Shown here: positions 21,661-31,853 of the stretch, piece after piece
Numbering within the stretch: the stretch's first letter is position 1
How the letters are laid out: every line of letters begins with the position of its first letter
Assembly (NCBI GenBank): GCA_965200875.1
Contig: OZ241456.1
Location: 1,408,001-1,472,000, forward strand
Length of the DNA: 64,000 bases
Source: Bdellovibrionales bacterium
GTDB lineage: Bacteria; Bdellovibrionota; Bdellovibrionia; Bdellovibrionales; UBA1609
Direction of reading: 5' to 3'
Notes under the pieces: generated by a model
Databases searched by the model: none
Told to the model about the DNA's origin: nothing
What the model saw: the letters and a program-made list of their open reading frames with translations, nothing else
Translations under genes and position numbers: made by a program

Positions 21661-21933
21661 ATGAAATGGTTATGGCTAGCCAAGTGCTTCTTTATGCTGT
21701 TTCTTTCAGCCTGTTCATCAGATCAGGTGATAAACAACTCTGGCAAAGATAAAACAAACGGAGCTGGTTCAACAAATAACAATGAGCTTCCGGGCAAGGT
21801 TATTGTAATTTGCCGGTGTGGAAAAGGACATGTAAGCTGGTCTGGAGAAAATGAATCCTCAGCCAAGGAAGTTTTGAAGAAAAATTGTGAATCCTTATCA
21901 CAATCCATCCGGGATTGTCGTGTAAAGAAATAA
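21661..21933 (+). CDS. Small Cys-rich lipoprotein
   Basis: Lipobox LSAC. Confidence 0.75.
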   Translation: MKWLWLAKCFFMLFLSACSSDQVINNSGKDKTNGAGSTNNNELPGKVIVICRCGKGHVSWSGENESSAKEVLKKNCESLSQSIRDCRVKK

Positions 21934-21964
21934 CAGCCTCAAAAACACAAAAAAATGAAGAAAA

Positions 21965-22038
<74 letters not shown>

Positions 22039-22330
22039 ATATACCATTTATCCTCTTAATAAAATCACTCAATATATTTTACTTTCACTTTTCTGAATAT
22101 TGTTTTAGTATAAAAAGCAACAATTTTAAACTAACACAGCCAAGGAGTTGTCAAACCTTCAAAAACCTCATGTCTATAAAGAGGCGACAAAGCAAAATGA
22201 AGGGAAAACTCCTTAAGAACACAGTAAATCCAAAACCGATGTGGTATAAAAAGTGCCAGCAAAACCTTTAACAAAATACAGACAAGCAATAATAAATACT
22301 AAAATCATCAAAATAACATAAAATAGTCAA

Positions 22331-24703
22331 GTGAATTTAGAAAAAATTATTTTTCTGCTGTTTTTACACTCCAGTTTGAACTTTCTGGTGGCAGATCATC
22401 TTTATTCCGAGGCTTTCGCTTTTAAAGCTCCAAAAAATTCCAAACAAAGCCATTTATCTTCTGTCAGTAACAAACCGGCAGATCTGAAAAATCACACTCA
22501 TTTTTCAACAGTAAAATTAGTTACACCTTATCAAATTTTGCCCCGAAAAATCAAAAATATCCCCATAGGGTTATGGGTCACTTTAAACAAGGGCTGGTAT
22601 AGTTATTGGAAAAACCCGGGCGAAAGCGGAAAACCTTTAAAAATAAAATGGATTTTACCAAAGGGAAATGACATTTCTGATTTTAACTGGCCGATTCCAG
22701 AGAGAACACAATTCAGAACCTTTACCAATTTTGTGTATAAAGATGATTTTCTTTTAATAAGTGAATGGTCACTTCCGAAAAAAAAAATAGGAGAGCAAAT
22801 CCATATCAAAGCTCAAGTAGAATGGCTGATCTGCAAAGAAGTATGTATCCCTCTGACACAGGAAACCCATTTAAAATTGCCAGTTGAACCTTTAAGCTCA
22901 AACAAAACTCAGAAAAACAAATACCCGGAAAACATATCCAGCCCCTCTCATTCCACACCCCACTCTTCTCAGTCTGAAGCAAGAACAAAAAACAAGGAGA
23001 AAAACACAAAACAGACAATAAATACTTATTGGCAATCTATTTTTGACAAATGGTCCAAAAAAATACCTGAAATTGTTAAAAAAAATATAATAATTCAAGA
23101 AACAAACACTTACTGGAAAGCTGACTTCACCACAGATAAAAAACTTCAGCTCCTAGATGTGTTTCCTTTATCCAACAATTTATTTTCTCTTCAAACGCCT
23201 GAAATTATCTCTGCTGAAAATTATCAGCATTCTTTTCACATCAGAAAATCTGATTTTCAAAACAGTGCGAAATCTTCCAATACAAATAAATCTTCTTCAT
23301 CACCACTGAAAAAGAAAACCAACAATGCTGACACTCATACTGCAAATAAAAAAACACAAGCCCTTGTGGTTTTCCACCAAACTCAAATGGCCATGAATGA
23401 ATATTCAAAAAACACACGCTCGAAAGAAAAAAAAACACTGCCGGAAATGGTGACCAACAGGAAAAATAAAGTGGGTATCCTATACACTTTCATGCCTAAG
23501 TCGGAAAGTATATTGTGGTTTCTGATTCTGGCTTTCTTAGGAGGAATACTCCTGAACCTGATGCCTTGTGTGTTGCCGATCGTATTTTTGAAGTTCTCAA
23601 ACACTTTGGAACAATCAAAACAAAAAACTCTTACGGTTGTGTCAGGGAATTTATGTTACAGCGCAGGTGTTATCTCCTCTTTTCTTCTTCTGGCTATTCT
23701 TCTTCTCTTGTTTAAAAAAGGAGGGGAATCCATTGGCTGGGGCTTTCAAATGCAGTCTCCTTATTTTCTTCTCAGTATAATTTTTCTATTCGTCCTTATC
23801 AGTTTTGGCTTTATGGGATGGTTGTCTGTTTCTCTACCTTCTCTTCCTTTTTTTCACAGTGGCCAAAACAATTTTAAACATTTTTTAACAGGAGTTTTAT
23901 CCACTACATCCGCTTCCCCCTGTACAGCACCTTTTATGGGTGCGTCCATTGGATATGCTTTATCCAGTGACACTTTTCAGGCCATAATGATTTTTCTCTT
24001 TTTGGGTATAGGGCTTTCTTTTCCTTATCTCTTGCTGTCTGTTTTTCCAAAATGGATAAAATATATCCCTACTCCTGGAAACTGGAGTCACAAATTAAAG
24101 CACTTTATGGCCTTTCCTATGCTGATCACCAGTGCCTGGCTGATTCACTTGTTTAACAGACAAAAGCCTTCCGCGCTCCTACCAGTATTGCTTGGTCTTT
24201 TATTTATGGCTCTTGGATTTTGGATTTTAAATAATCTCAAAAGAAGAACCTGGCTTACAGGTCTTTCCCGTGTTATCATACTTACCGGTTTAATCTATCC
24301 TTTCTTTCATTTATATGGGGAATCAAAGCTCAACTTGCCCGGTATAAACTGGCAAAAATTTTCCCTCAATAAAATGCGAAATATTAATGACAGTGGACAA
24401 GCTCTGTTTATTAATTTCACAGCTGATTGGTGCTTAACCTGTAAATTTAACGAACAAATAACCTTTAAAAATAAAAAAGTTATAAAATTCTTTTCTCAAA
24501 ATCAAATCCATAGCCTTAAAGGAGACTGGACAAATAAAAACAGAGAAATTACTGAAGTGTTGAATAACTATCATCGATCCGGCATTCCTTTTTACCTGTA
24601 TTTCCCTCCCTCAGCAGAACCTTCTTCAGGTATTTTGTTACCTGAACTGCTAACCCCCGGTTTGCTTTTAAAGTATCTGAATAAACAAGAAGTGGCTAAA
24701 TGA
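22331..24703 (+). CDS. dsbD: DsbD-family protein-disulfide reductase
   Basis: GWYSYWKNPGESG, WLICKEVCIP, LNLMPCVLP, SPCTAP, FTADWCLTC. Confidence 0.92.
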   Translation: MNLEKIIFLLFLHSSLNFLVADHLYSEAFAFKAPKNSKQSHLSSVSNKPADLKNHTHFSTVKLVTPYQILPRKIKNIPIGLWVTLNKGWYSYWKNPGESGKPLKIKWILPKGNDISDFNWPIPERTQFRTFTNFVYKDDFLLISEWSLPKKKIGEQIHIKAQVEWLICKEVCIPLTQETHLKLPVEPLSSNKTQKNKYPENISSPSHSTPHSSQSEARTKNKEKNTKQTINTYWQSIFDKWSKKIPEIVKKNIIIQETNTYWKADFTTDKKLQLLDVFPLSNNLFSLQTPEIISAENYQHSFHIRKSDFQNSAKSSNTNKSSSSPLKKKTNNADTHTANKKTQALVVFHQTQMAMNEYSKNTRSKEKKTLPEMVTNRKNKVGILYTFMPKSESILWFLILAFLGGILLNLMPCVLPIVFLKFSNTLEQSKQKTLTVVSGNLCYSAGVISSFLLLAILLLLFKKGGESIGWGFQMQSPYFLLSIIFLFVLISFGFMGWLSVSLPSLPFFHSGQNNFKHFLTGVLSTTSASPCTAPFMGASIGYALSSDTFQAIMIFLFLGIGLSFPYLLLSVFPKWIKYIPTPGNWSHKLKHFMAFPMLITSAWLIHLFNRQKPSALLPVLLGLLFMALGFWILNNLKRRTWLTGLSRVIILTGLIYPFFHLYGESKLNLPGINWQKFSLNKMRNINDSGQALFINFTADWCLTCKFNEQITFKNKKVIKFFSQNQIHSLKGDWTNKNREITEVLNNYHRSGIPFYLYFPPSAEPSSGILLPELLTPGLLLKYLNKQEVAK

Positions 24704-24751
24704 AAATGAGTGTCATTTTTATTGACATCAGTGATTTTCTGATTATATAAC
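24702..24751 (+). promoter_or_regulatory. Fur-box-like palindrome abutting the fur promoter
   Basis: GAAAATGAGTGTCATTTTT (13/19 match to GATAATGATAATCATTATC), then TTGACA-18-TATAAC. Confidence 0.55.
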
Positions 24752-24758
24752 AACTAAC

Positions 24759-25250
24759 ATGGATATACCTGAGCTTCCCAGAGGATATACAAAAGACGAG
24801 CTGATTCAACCTCGAACGAGGCTTTCGGAGAGTAATTTAAAATCCATGCTCAGGAGCATGAATCTTAAAGTCACCAGCCAAAGGCTTTCTATTTTAAAAG
24901 CCCTGAGCACAGGTCCTAAAACACATGTCACAGCTAAAGATGTGTTTGAAAAAATTCGAACTCAACACCCCAACATTGGATTTGCCACTGTTTATCGTTT
25001 TTTAAAAGACACTTCACGATATGGAATCACTTCTGAACTGCGCATTGGTCATACTCCCTCCCGGTATGAATTAAAAATCAGAGAACATCATCACCATATT
25101 GTATGCACCAGCTGTGGCAAGATTATTGAGTTTCAAAATGAAATTATAGAAAAACAAATCAAAAAAATCAGCAAAGATCACAGTTTTTCACTGGAGCATC
25201 ATATTTTTGAACTCTACGGGCGTTGTAACCGCTCTGCCTGCCAAAAATAA
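24759..25250 (+). CDS. fur: Fur-family transcriptional regulator
   Basis: TSQRLSIL, IGFATVYR, HHHHIVCTSCGKIIEF, YGRC...C. Confidence 0.9.
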   Translation: MDIPELPRGYTKDELIQPRTRLSESNLKSMLRSMNLKVTSQRLSILKALSTGPKTHVTAKDVFEKIRTQHPNIGFATVYRFLKDTSRYGITSELRIGHTPSRYELKIREHHHHIVCTSCGKIIEFQNEIIEKQIKKISKDHSFSLEHHIFELYGRCNRSACQK

Positions 25251-25267
25251 CCAGCTGGAGTCCCCAG

Positions 25268-25858
25268 ATGAGCAAAAAAAGACAAAATATGAAAAAAAAC
25301 GGCTTCTTCGTTTTATCAGGGCCAAGTGGATCTGGTAAATCCACGATAGTAAAAGAAGTCTTATCTTTATACGGCCCGGAGATAATGGGCACGACTGTCT
25401 CTTACACCACTCGCCCCTTAAGAGGTGCTGAGCAAGAAGGCAAGCATTATCATTTTGTGAGCAAGGAGGAATTTTTATCCCTTAAGGAAAAAAACTTTTT
25501 TGCAGAATGGGCTTATGTTTATAACCATTATTACGGAACAGATATCAAGCAAATTAATCAGCATTGGAGCAAAGGACGAGCCATTATCAAGGATTTTGAT
25601 TTAAAGGGTGCTTCTGCAATTAAACAGCTTTATCCTCAAGCTTTAAGAATTTTTATTTCCCCTCCGTCTGTAGAAGAATTGGCCGATCGCGTCCGCAAAA
25701 GACAGGAAAATCTCCCGGAAGAAATAAAATTCAGACTGCAAGAAGCAAAAAAGGAAATGAAGCAAAAGGTTCAATTTGATTATCATCTGAAAAATGTGAA
25801 CCTAAAAAAAACAATCGAAAAAATAAAAAAAATTATTGATAAATATCTGAAAATTTAG
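25268..25858 (+). CDS. gmk: Guanylate kinase
   Basis: GPSGSGKST, SYTTRPLR, YYGT, FISPPS. Confidence 0.95.
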   Translation: MSKKRQNMKKNGFFVLSGPSGSGKSTIVKEVLSLYGPEIMGTTVSYTTRPLRGAEQEGKHYHFVSKEEFLSLKEKNFFAEWAYVYNHYYGTDIKQINQHWSKGRAIIKDFDLKGASAIKQLYPQALRIFISPPSVEELADRVRKRQENLPEEIKFRLQEAKKEMKQKVQFDYHLKNVNLKKTIEKIKKIIDKYLKI

Positions 25859-25899
25859 CCGAACCTCAGGGGCAGGTTCTGCCTTACAGAGCGATTAAA

Positions 25900-26163
25900 C
25901 TACTCTGGGTAAAGATATTTTGGAATTTGTTTTTCCACTTTTAAATCTTTTTCCAGCTGTTCTTCCGGGAGGGTTGAACCACAATTAAAGGTGATTTTAT
26001 CGGCGGCCACTTCTCTTAAAGCATTAACCACATTGCTGTTCTTATCATTCACTAAACATTTATCTCCTTTTAAAAATTGCTTCACGCGCTTTGTAACCAG
26101 AGATACAAGAGCAAAACGATTAGATACTTTAGTCAGACAATCCTCAACTGTTACGCGAGCCAT
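25900..26163 (-). CDS. rpoZ: RNA polymerase omega subunit
   Basis: MARVTVEDCL..NRFALV..KR..ALRE; AAGGAGG RBS. Confidence 0.95.
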   Translation of the reverse strand: MARVTVEDCLTKVSNRFALVSLVTKRVKQFLKGDKCLVNDKNSNVVNALREVAADKITFNCGSTLPEEQLEKDLKVEKQIPKYLYPE

Positions 26164-26341
26164 TATAATCCTCCTTTGAAAGTGACAAACCAAGAAAATG
26201 ACATTACTTTTCCCCGGGCGACTTTTTATTAACTTTCTGGAAAAAATATCTTATTTATTTTATAAAAGCAAGATAAATTTCAGACCGGTTTTACTTATTT
26301 TCTTTGTGTATTTTGGTAAAACAGGATATAATTTATTTGCA

Positions 26342-28561
26342 ATGTCGTCTGAGCGAAAGATAAATCTGGATTATAAACATAAATCTGAACAAGGTGTCAG
26401 GGACCTTGTTGTTCGTATTCAAAAATATTACCCCTCTGCAAACTTAGATATAGTACATAAAGCTTACAATCTGGCAGAAAAAGCCCATACCGGCCAATAT
26501 AGAAGAGATGGTACGCCTTTTGTATTTCATCCTCTCCATGTAGCCACCATCTTAGCAGATCTTAAGCTGGACCTTTATACTATCGTGACGGGTCTCCTGC
26601 ATGATGTGGTGGAGGACACTTCTGTGGGTCTGGATGTTATTACAGAGCAATTTAATAAAACGGTGGCTTTTTTAGTGGATGGAGTTAGCAAAGTCTCTCA
26701 AATACATTTCAAGGACACTCAAAAAAAAGATAGTGAGAATATGAGAAAAATGATTGTGGCTATGGCCTGTGATGTGCGGGTTATTTTGGTCAAGCTGGCT
26801 GATCGTCTACACAACATGAGAACTCTTATTCACCTGCCCTTGGAAAAACGATTAAAAGTGGCTAGGGAAACATTGGATATTTACGCGCCTTTGGCGTCCC
26901 GGCTGGGTATTCACTCTATTAAGGTGGAGTTGGAGGATCTGGCTTTTTGTCATTCTGATAGAGAGGCTTATCACTCTTTGGTGGAAAAAATGGACAGTGA
27001 AAAAGAGGAAATGGAGAAATACATTTCCGAAGTGATTCGCATTCTACAAAAAGAAATGACTGAACAAATGAATTTAAAAGTGGAAATAACTGGTCGTCCC
27101 AAAAACTTATATTCCATTTATCAAAAAATGATCACGCAAAATGTGGATTACAGTCAAGTGTATGACATTTTGGCTTTTCGGGTTTGTGTGAATAAAGTTG
27201 AAGAATGTTATAAGGTATTGGGGCTTATTCATTCCCTTTGGAAACCCATTCCAGGAAGATTTAAGGATTATATTGCCATACCCAAACAAAATAACTATCA
27301 AAGTCTTCACACGACTGTATTGGGGGAAAAAGGAAAGCGAATTGAAATCCAAATCAGAACCCATGAAATGCACCTGCTGGCGGAGCGTGGAATTGCAGCT
27401 CATTGGAAATATAAAACTGAGTCTTGGAAAAACAACACTTCCGTTGATATGAGCACTTTAAAACAATTTAATTGGCTCATGGATTTGGTGAGCTTGCATC
27501 AGCAAAACACAAATTCCGGTGAATTTTTGGAGTCCGTAAAAATGGATCTGTTTGACTCCGATATATATATATTTACTCCAGAGGGTGATGTAAAAGAGTT
27601 TCCCAAAGGAGCCACTCCTATTGATTTCGCATACTGTATTCATACGGATTTAGGTCAGCGCATTACCGGAGCACGCATTAACGGACGACTGGTTCCTCTT
27701 AAACAAAAGCTTCAAAATGGAGATACAGTGGAAGTTATTACTTCCAAAAATCAAACTCCTTCTGAAGAGTGGCTTAAATATTGCGTGACTTCCAAGGCCA
27801 AATCAAAAATCAAGTCTTTTTTAAAAATGGAAAGCCGAAAGCGCGCACTGGAAATAGGCCAAAAACTTATTGAGAAGGAGTTAAGAAGCAGGGGTTTAAA
27901 AATGGAAGAAGTATTGAAAAAGCCAGTTTGCATAAAATACATGAAAGACAAAGGAATTAATACGAAAGAAGATCTTTATACTCAGCTGGGGTACGGCAAA
28001 GCACTGGTTAAAAACTTATTGGATATTATTATTCCCGAAAAATCAGATGCAGGGGACAGCACTTCCGCTGACGATATTTTTTCCCATGAAAAGCCACAAA
28101 CAGAAAAATCAGATCATTTTTGCCCAGTTGTAGTGGAAGGGTTAGGTAACATGTTAACAAACTTCGCTCGCTGTTGTCGCCCTTTGCCAGGGGACGCCAT
28201 TACTGGCTTTATCAGCAGAGGCCGGGGTATTGTGATTCATCGCCAAGCCTGTCGCTCTTTGCTGTCTATGGATTCTGAAAGATATATTGATGTGCAATGG
28301 AATCTTAATAAAAAGACAAAACAGAATAAACATGCTGTGGATATAAAGGTGGTTTCTCACGATGTTCCGGGAGTTTTAAAAAGTTTTTCAGAAGTATTTG
28401 CAGAACAAAACATTAACATTTTCAATCTTAAGGTTGCTTCCACAAAGGATAAGAAAGCAGTATCCTTGTTTAGTGTAGAGGTGCACGATCTGAAGCAACT
28501 TCAAGTTATTATTCGATCGTTAAAATCACTCAAGCATGTTCTTAATGTCATAAGAGGATAA
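26342..28561 (+). CDS. rel: Bifunctional (p)ppGpp synthetase/hydrolase
   Basis: HDVVED hydrolase, KLADRLHN, YQSLHT, EIQIRT; TGS, ZFD and ACT domains. Confidence 0.96.
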   Translation: MSSERKINLDYKHKSEQGVRDLVVRIQKYYPSANLDIVHKAYNLAEKAHTGQYRRDGTPFVFHPLHVATILADLKLDLYTIVTGLLHDVVEDTSVGLDVITEQFNKTVAFLVDGVSKVSQIHFKDTQKKDSENMRKMIVAMACDVRVILVKLADRLHNMRTLIHLPLEKRLKVARETLDIYAPLASRLGIHSIKVELEDLAFCHSDREAYHSLVEKMDSEKEEMEKYISEVIRILQKEMTEQMNLKVEITGRPKNLYSIYQKMITQNVDYSQVYDILAFRVCVNKVEECYKVLGLIHSLWKPIPGRFKDYIAIPKQNNYQSLHTTVLGEKGKRIEIQIRTHEMHLLAERGIAAHWKYKTESWKNNTSVDMSTLKQFNWLMDLVSLHQQNTNSGEFLESVKMDLFDSDIYIFTPEGDVKEFPKGATPIDFAYCIHTDLGQRITGARINGRLVPLKQKLQNGDTVEVITSKNQTPSEEWLKYCVTSKAKSKIKSFLKMESRKRALEIGQKLIEKELRSRGLKMEEVLKKPVCIKYMKDKGINTKEDLYTQLGYGKALVKNLLDIIIPEKSDAGDSTSADDIFSHEKPQTEKSDHFCPVVVEGLGNMLTNFARCCRPLPGDAITGFISRGRGIVIHRQACRSLLSMDSERYIDVQWNLNKKTKQNKHAVDIKVVSHDVPGVLKSFSEVFAEQNINIFNLKVASTKDKKAVSLFSVEVHDLKQLQVIIRSLKSLKHVLNVIRG

Positions 28562-28589
28562 ATTTTTAAATACTCGTCCGAGAAAAACC

Positions 28590-29891
28590 TTAAGCACATT
28601 TATCAGTTAGATATTCCTCTATTCGATTCACAGACAAACGTTCCTGCTTCATGGTATCTCGATCACGTACAGTCACTTGGTTATCCTGAAGAGAATCAAA
28701 ATCAACAGTGACACAAAAAGGAGTGCCTATTTCATCCTGTCGCCGATACCGTTTGCCAATACTGCCGTTTTCATCTTGTTCTATGCGCCATTTCTTTTGT
28801 AAAGACCGACCAATCCGATCAGCCAAATCCATTAATGGCTCTTTTTTACTTAAAGGCAAAACAGCTACCTGCACAGGAGATAAGCCAGGATCTAATGCCA
28901 GTACCACCCGGTTTTCTTGGTTTACTTTTTCCTCTTTATAGGCAGAACACAGAAGGGATAAAATTAAACGATCCAAACCTATAGAGGTTTCAATAATATA
29001 CGGAGTATAAGTTTCTTTTTTTTCCACATCAAAATAACTTATTTTCTTTCCGCTAAATTTTTGGTGTTGGCGTAAATCAAAGTCCCCTCTGTTGTGAACA
29101 CCCTCCAGCTCTTTCCACCCCATAGGAAAACAAAATTCCAAATCCACTGCCTTTCGCGCATAGTGAGCCAGCTCGTCTTTGCTATGCTCATGGATACGTA
29201 AAAATTTTTCAGAAAGCCCCAAATTCAGTAAAAACTTTTTTCTCTCCTCCAACCAGTAATCAAAATATTTGTCTGCGTCTTCAGAGTAGACAAAATACTG
29301 CATTTCCATTTGTCCAAATTCCCTGCAACGAAAAATAAAATTTCCTAAAGTAATCTCATTTCTAAAAGCTTTTCCAATTTGTGCCACCCCAAAAGGAATT
29401 TTCTTTCTCATGGAACCCTGAATATTCATAAAATTTACATAAATCCCTTGCGCGGTTTCAGGACGAAGATACACTAAAGAGGCATCTTCCTCCACTGAAC
29501 CTGCGTATGTTTTAAACATGAGATTAAAGTCTCTTGGTTCTGTTATGTTTTTAGAACCACAACGAGGACATGATAAACCTTTTTCTGTTGTTTTTTCCAA
29601 ACGAAATCGAAAACGACAGTCTTTGCAATCCACCAGAAGATCAGAAAATCCATCTAGATGCCCTGATGCCTTCCAAACCCTGGGATGCATTAATATGGAA
29701 GAATCCAGACCCACTACATCCTGTCTATGAGTCATTGCTCTCCACCAAAGTTGTTTGACATTCATTTTAAATTGCACACCCAACGGACCATAATCCCAGC
29801 AAGCACTAAGGCCACCATAAATTTCACTACTCGGAAAAATATATCCACGCCTTTTACACAAAGAAACAAGAGGGTTTAAGTCCTTCAACAT
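28590..29891 (-). CDS. glyQS: Glycine-tRNA ligase (alpha2 type)
   Basis: [38 protein letters not shown]. Confidence 0.96.
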   Translation of the reverse strand: MLKDLNPLVSLCKRRGYIFPSSEIYGGLSACWDYGPLGVQFKMNVKQLWWRAMTHRQDVVGLDSSILMHPRVWKASGHLDGFSDLLVDCKDCRFRFRLEKTTEKGLSCPRCGSKNITEPRDFNLMFKTYAGSVEEDASLVYLRPETAQGIYVNFMNIQGSMRKKIPFGVAQIGKAFRNEITLGNFIFRCREFGQMEMQYFVYSEDADKYFDYWLEERKKFLLNLGLSEKFLRIHEHSKDELAHYARKAVDLEFCFPMGWKELEGVHNRGDFDLRQHQKFSGKKISYFDVEKKETYTPYIIETSIGLDRLILSLLCSAYKEEKVNQENRVVLALDPGLSPVQVAVLPLSKKEPLMDLADRIGRSLQKKWRIEQDENGSIGKRYRRQDEIGTPFCVTVDFDSLQDNQVTVRDRDTMKQERLSVNRIEEYLTDKCA

Positions 29892-30446
29892 GAAAATAAC
29901 TCCTTCAATATAGTTTATCAGGATATCAAAAAAGCCTCAAGAGCTTAAAGTTGCTTCATTAATATAACAACAATTAAAGTACAAAAGAAAAAACATTTAT
30001 TCAGGACCGGATATGTAGAACCCGGTGAAAAAAGTTAATAGACATAAAAATGTTCAGATTGTGTTAAGAAAATATTAAGAATATATGTCATTATTTATAC
30101 AAAAATGAATTTTTTTCATATTTTTAAAAAATAATTTATACAAACTTGAAAATATCTTGTTTTTTTGATATGTTACATTTATATAAAGTTATAACTGTAA
30201 TCTCATTCTTAGGAATTACAGAAATACCACAAAGTTGGTTCTGAGCAAATTTGTTCTATTCAAGGAAATGCCTGACACATCTCCTGAAGTCTGCCCTCCA
30301 CGCAGGCGGGAATGATGGCAAAAACAAAACATTTTTTCAGGATTAACTAAAGTAAAAAAACAGGTAAAAAAAATTGAGACAAATAAAATTTGTTGTTTTT
30401 AAAGTTTTAAACTTAACAAGTGTCACAAAAGGAAAAGTGTATGCGC

Positions 30447-31853
30447 GATTTTTGCAAAAAAAAGCCTTGGAGAAATGTATGGAAAACAGTCTGTTTTCCA
30501 GTTTTTCCATTTTTTCTGCTCCTCATAAGTGCTTTGCCTGTAAACACTTATGCTAGAAATCCCGTTAATAATCCCTCCAAAGTCAAAAAATCATTCAAAA
30601 TAAAAAGTTTCACAAAAGAAAACACAGAAGCTCAAACTGTCCCCAGCTTAACGGAAACCATTAATAAACAGTCCACCAATCCCAATATTATAGAAGTATT
30701 TGATTCCACCTTATTTGATGAAACTACAGAAGTTTTGGATCATCCTTCCCTTATGTGGTTGCATAACCCAGAGATTAAAGAAAAAAGAAGGAAAATTGTG
30801 GGTACTCAATCCAGCTCTTTTGAACCGTGGTGGAAAATGGAGTTGGACGCCTTTTTACAGGAAGATCGCCTTGACTACAAAGCACTTATGCGAACAAGGA
30901 TAAACGCCAAAGTGCTGACTCAATTAAACAGCTTCTTTTTTGCTCAAGCAGAATTTGAACTGATGACGGGAATTGGCTCTATTCAAACAATTGATCAAAG
31001 GCCCGGCGACACCAGTGGAATATCCCAAAGGGAACTGTTACTGTTATTAAAAACCACCAACTGGCTTACTGTTCAATTTGGCACTATCAATCAAAGATTT
31101 CTTCAGGCCCCTTTATTACTGGCGAAAATTCCTTTTCCCTCCATTGTGGAAAACATAGAACTCTTTGCCGGCAAGTATAATAATCTTTTTTTAAGCTTCC
31201 AACAGGCTGTTCCCACAACTTTTTCAGATGATCATTCCATTTATATTCAGTCCCTAGCGAAAATTCCTTTTTTAATGACAAAGTCTTTTTTCTGGAATTA
31301 TGATCCCAAAAGTTTTTATAAAATAAAATTTAACAGCACTTTTTTTCACTATAGTACTTTACCCAGTGATATAGCACAAAACAGTTGGGCCAATGGAAAT
31401 TCCATTTCTGAAAACCCTGCCAGCTTCAAATATAATTATACGGGATTTTATTTTGGACTGGAACCTTCTTTTCAGCTGTTTCCCAACTTGGGCTTGAAAT
31501 TAAAAGTACATTACATAAACAATTTAAGAGATATGGAAAAAATAGAAGAGCTTAACCAAGGCATCTTATACAGCTTGGAAGTTCCTTTTGATATAACAGA
31601 AAACATCAGGCTCACATCGATTATTGAATACTTTATCTCTCAACCCGATGCTTCTGTTGCCGCCTATAACAGTGAAAGATACGGGCACAGTAACAGAACA
31701 GGATTTGTGGGAGAGCTGATTTTGAGTTTTTACAATAGAAATATGGAAGTGGGTATCCGCCATTTAAACAGCCGAGCTGTGAGAACCGGAGGCCCAAAAG
31801 AGGACCAAAGTTACTATCTACTTTTTTTGAGGACAGGCTATGCTAAAATTTAA
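30447..31853 (+). CDS. Putative outer-membrane beta-barrel protein (start uncertain)
   Basis: Signal-like segment ending NTYA, then alternating aromatic beta-strands; overlaps the start of the next gene. Confidence 0.65.
   Translation, partial: DFCKKKPWRNVWKTVCFPVFPFFLLLISALPVNTYARNPVNNPSKVKKSFKIKSFTKENTEAQTVPSLTETINKQSTNPNIIEVFDSTLFDETTEVLDHPSLMWLHNPEIKEKRRKIVGTQSSSFEPWWKMELDAFLQEDRLDYKALMRTRINAKVLTQLNSFFFAQAEFELMTGIGSIQTIDQRPGDTSGISQRELLLLLKTTNWLTVQFGTINQRFLQAPLLLAKIPFPSIVENIELFAGKYNNLFLSFQQAVPTTFSDDHSIYIQSLAKIPFLMTKSFFWNYDPKSFYKIKFNSTFFHYSTLPSDIAQNSWANGNSISENPASFKYNYTGFYFGLEPSFQLFPNLGLKLKVHYINNLRDMEKIEELNQGILYSLEVPFDITENIRLTSIIEYFISQPDASVAAYNSERYGHSNRTGFVGELILSFYNRNMEVGIRHLNSRAVRTGGPKEDQSYYLLFLRTGYAKI

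Noticed and set aside
29300..29330. GlyRS motif 2 reads EFGQME instead of EFEQME
   Set aside because: That position varies among alpha2 GlyRS enzymes and the other motifs are intact.
30198..30320. Riboswitch upstream of the OM barrel gene
   Set aside because: Only a single hairpin (CTGTAAT..ATTACAG) and a REP-like remnant; no recognisable aptamer consensus.
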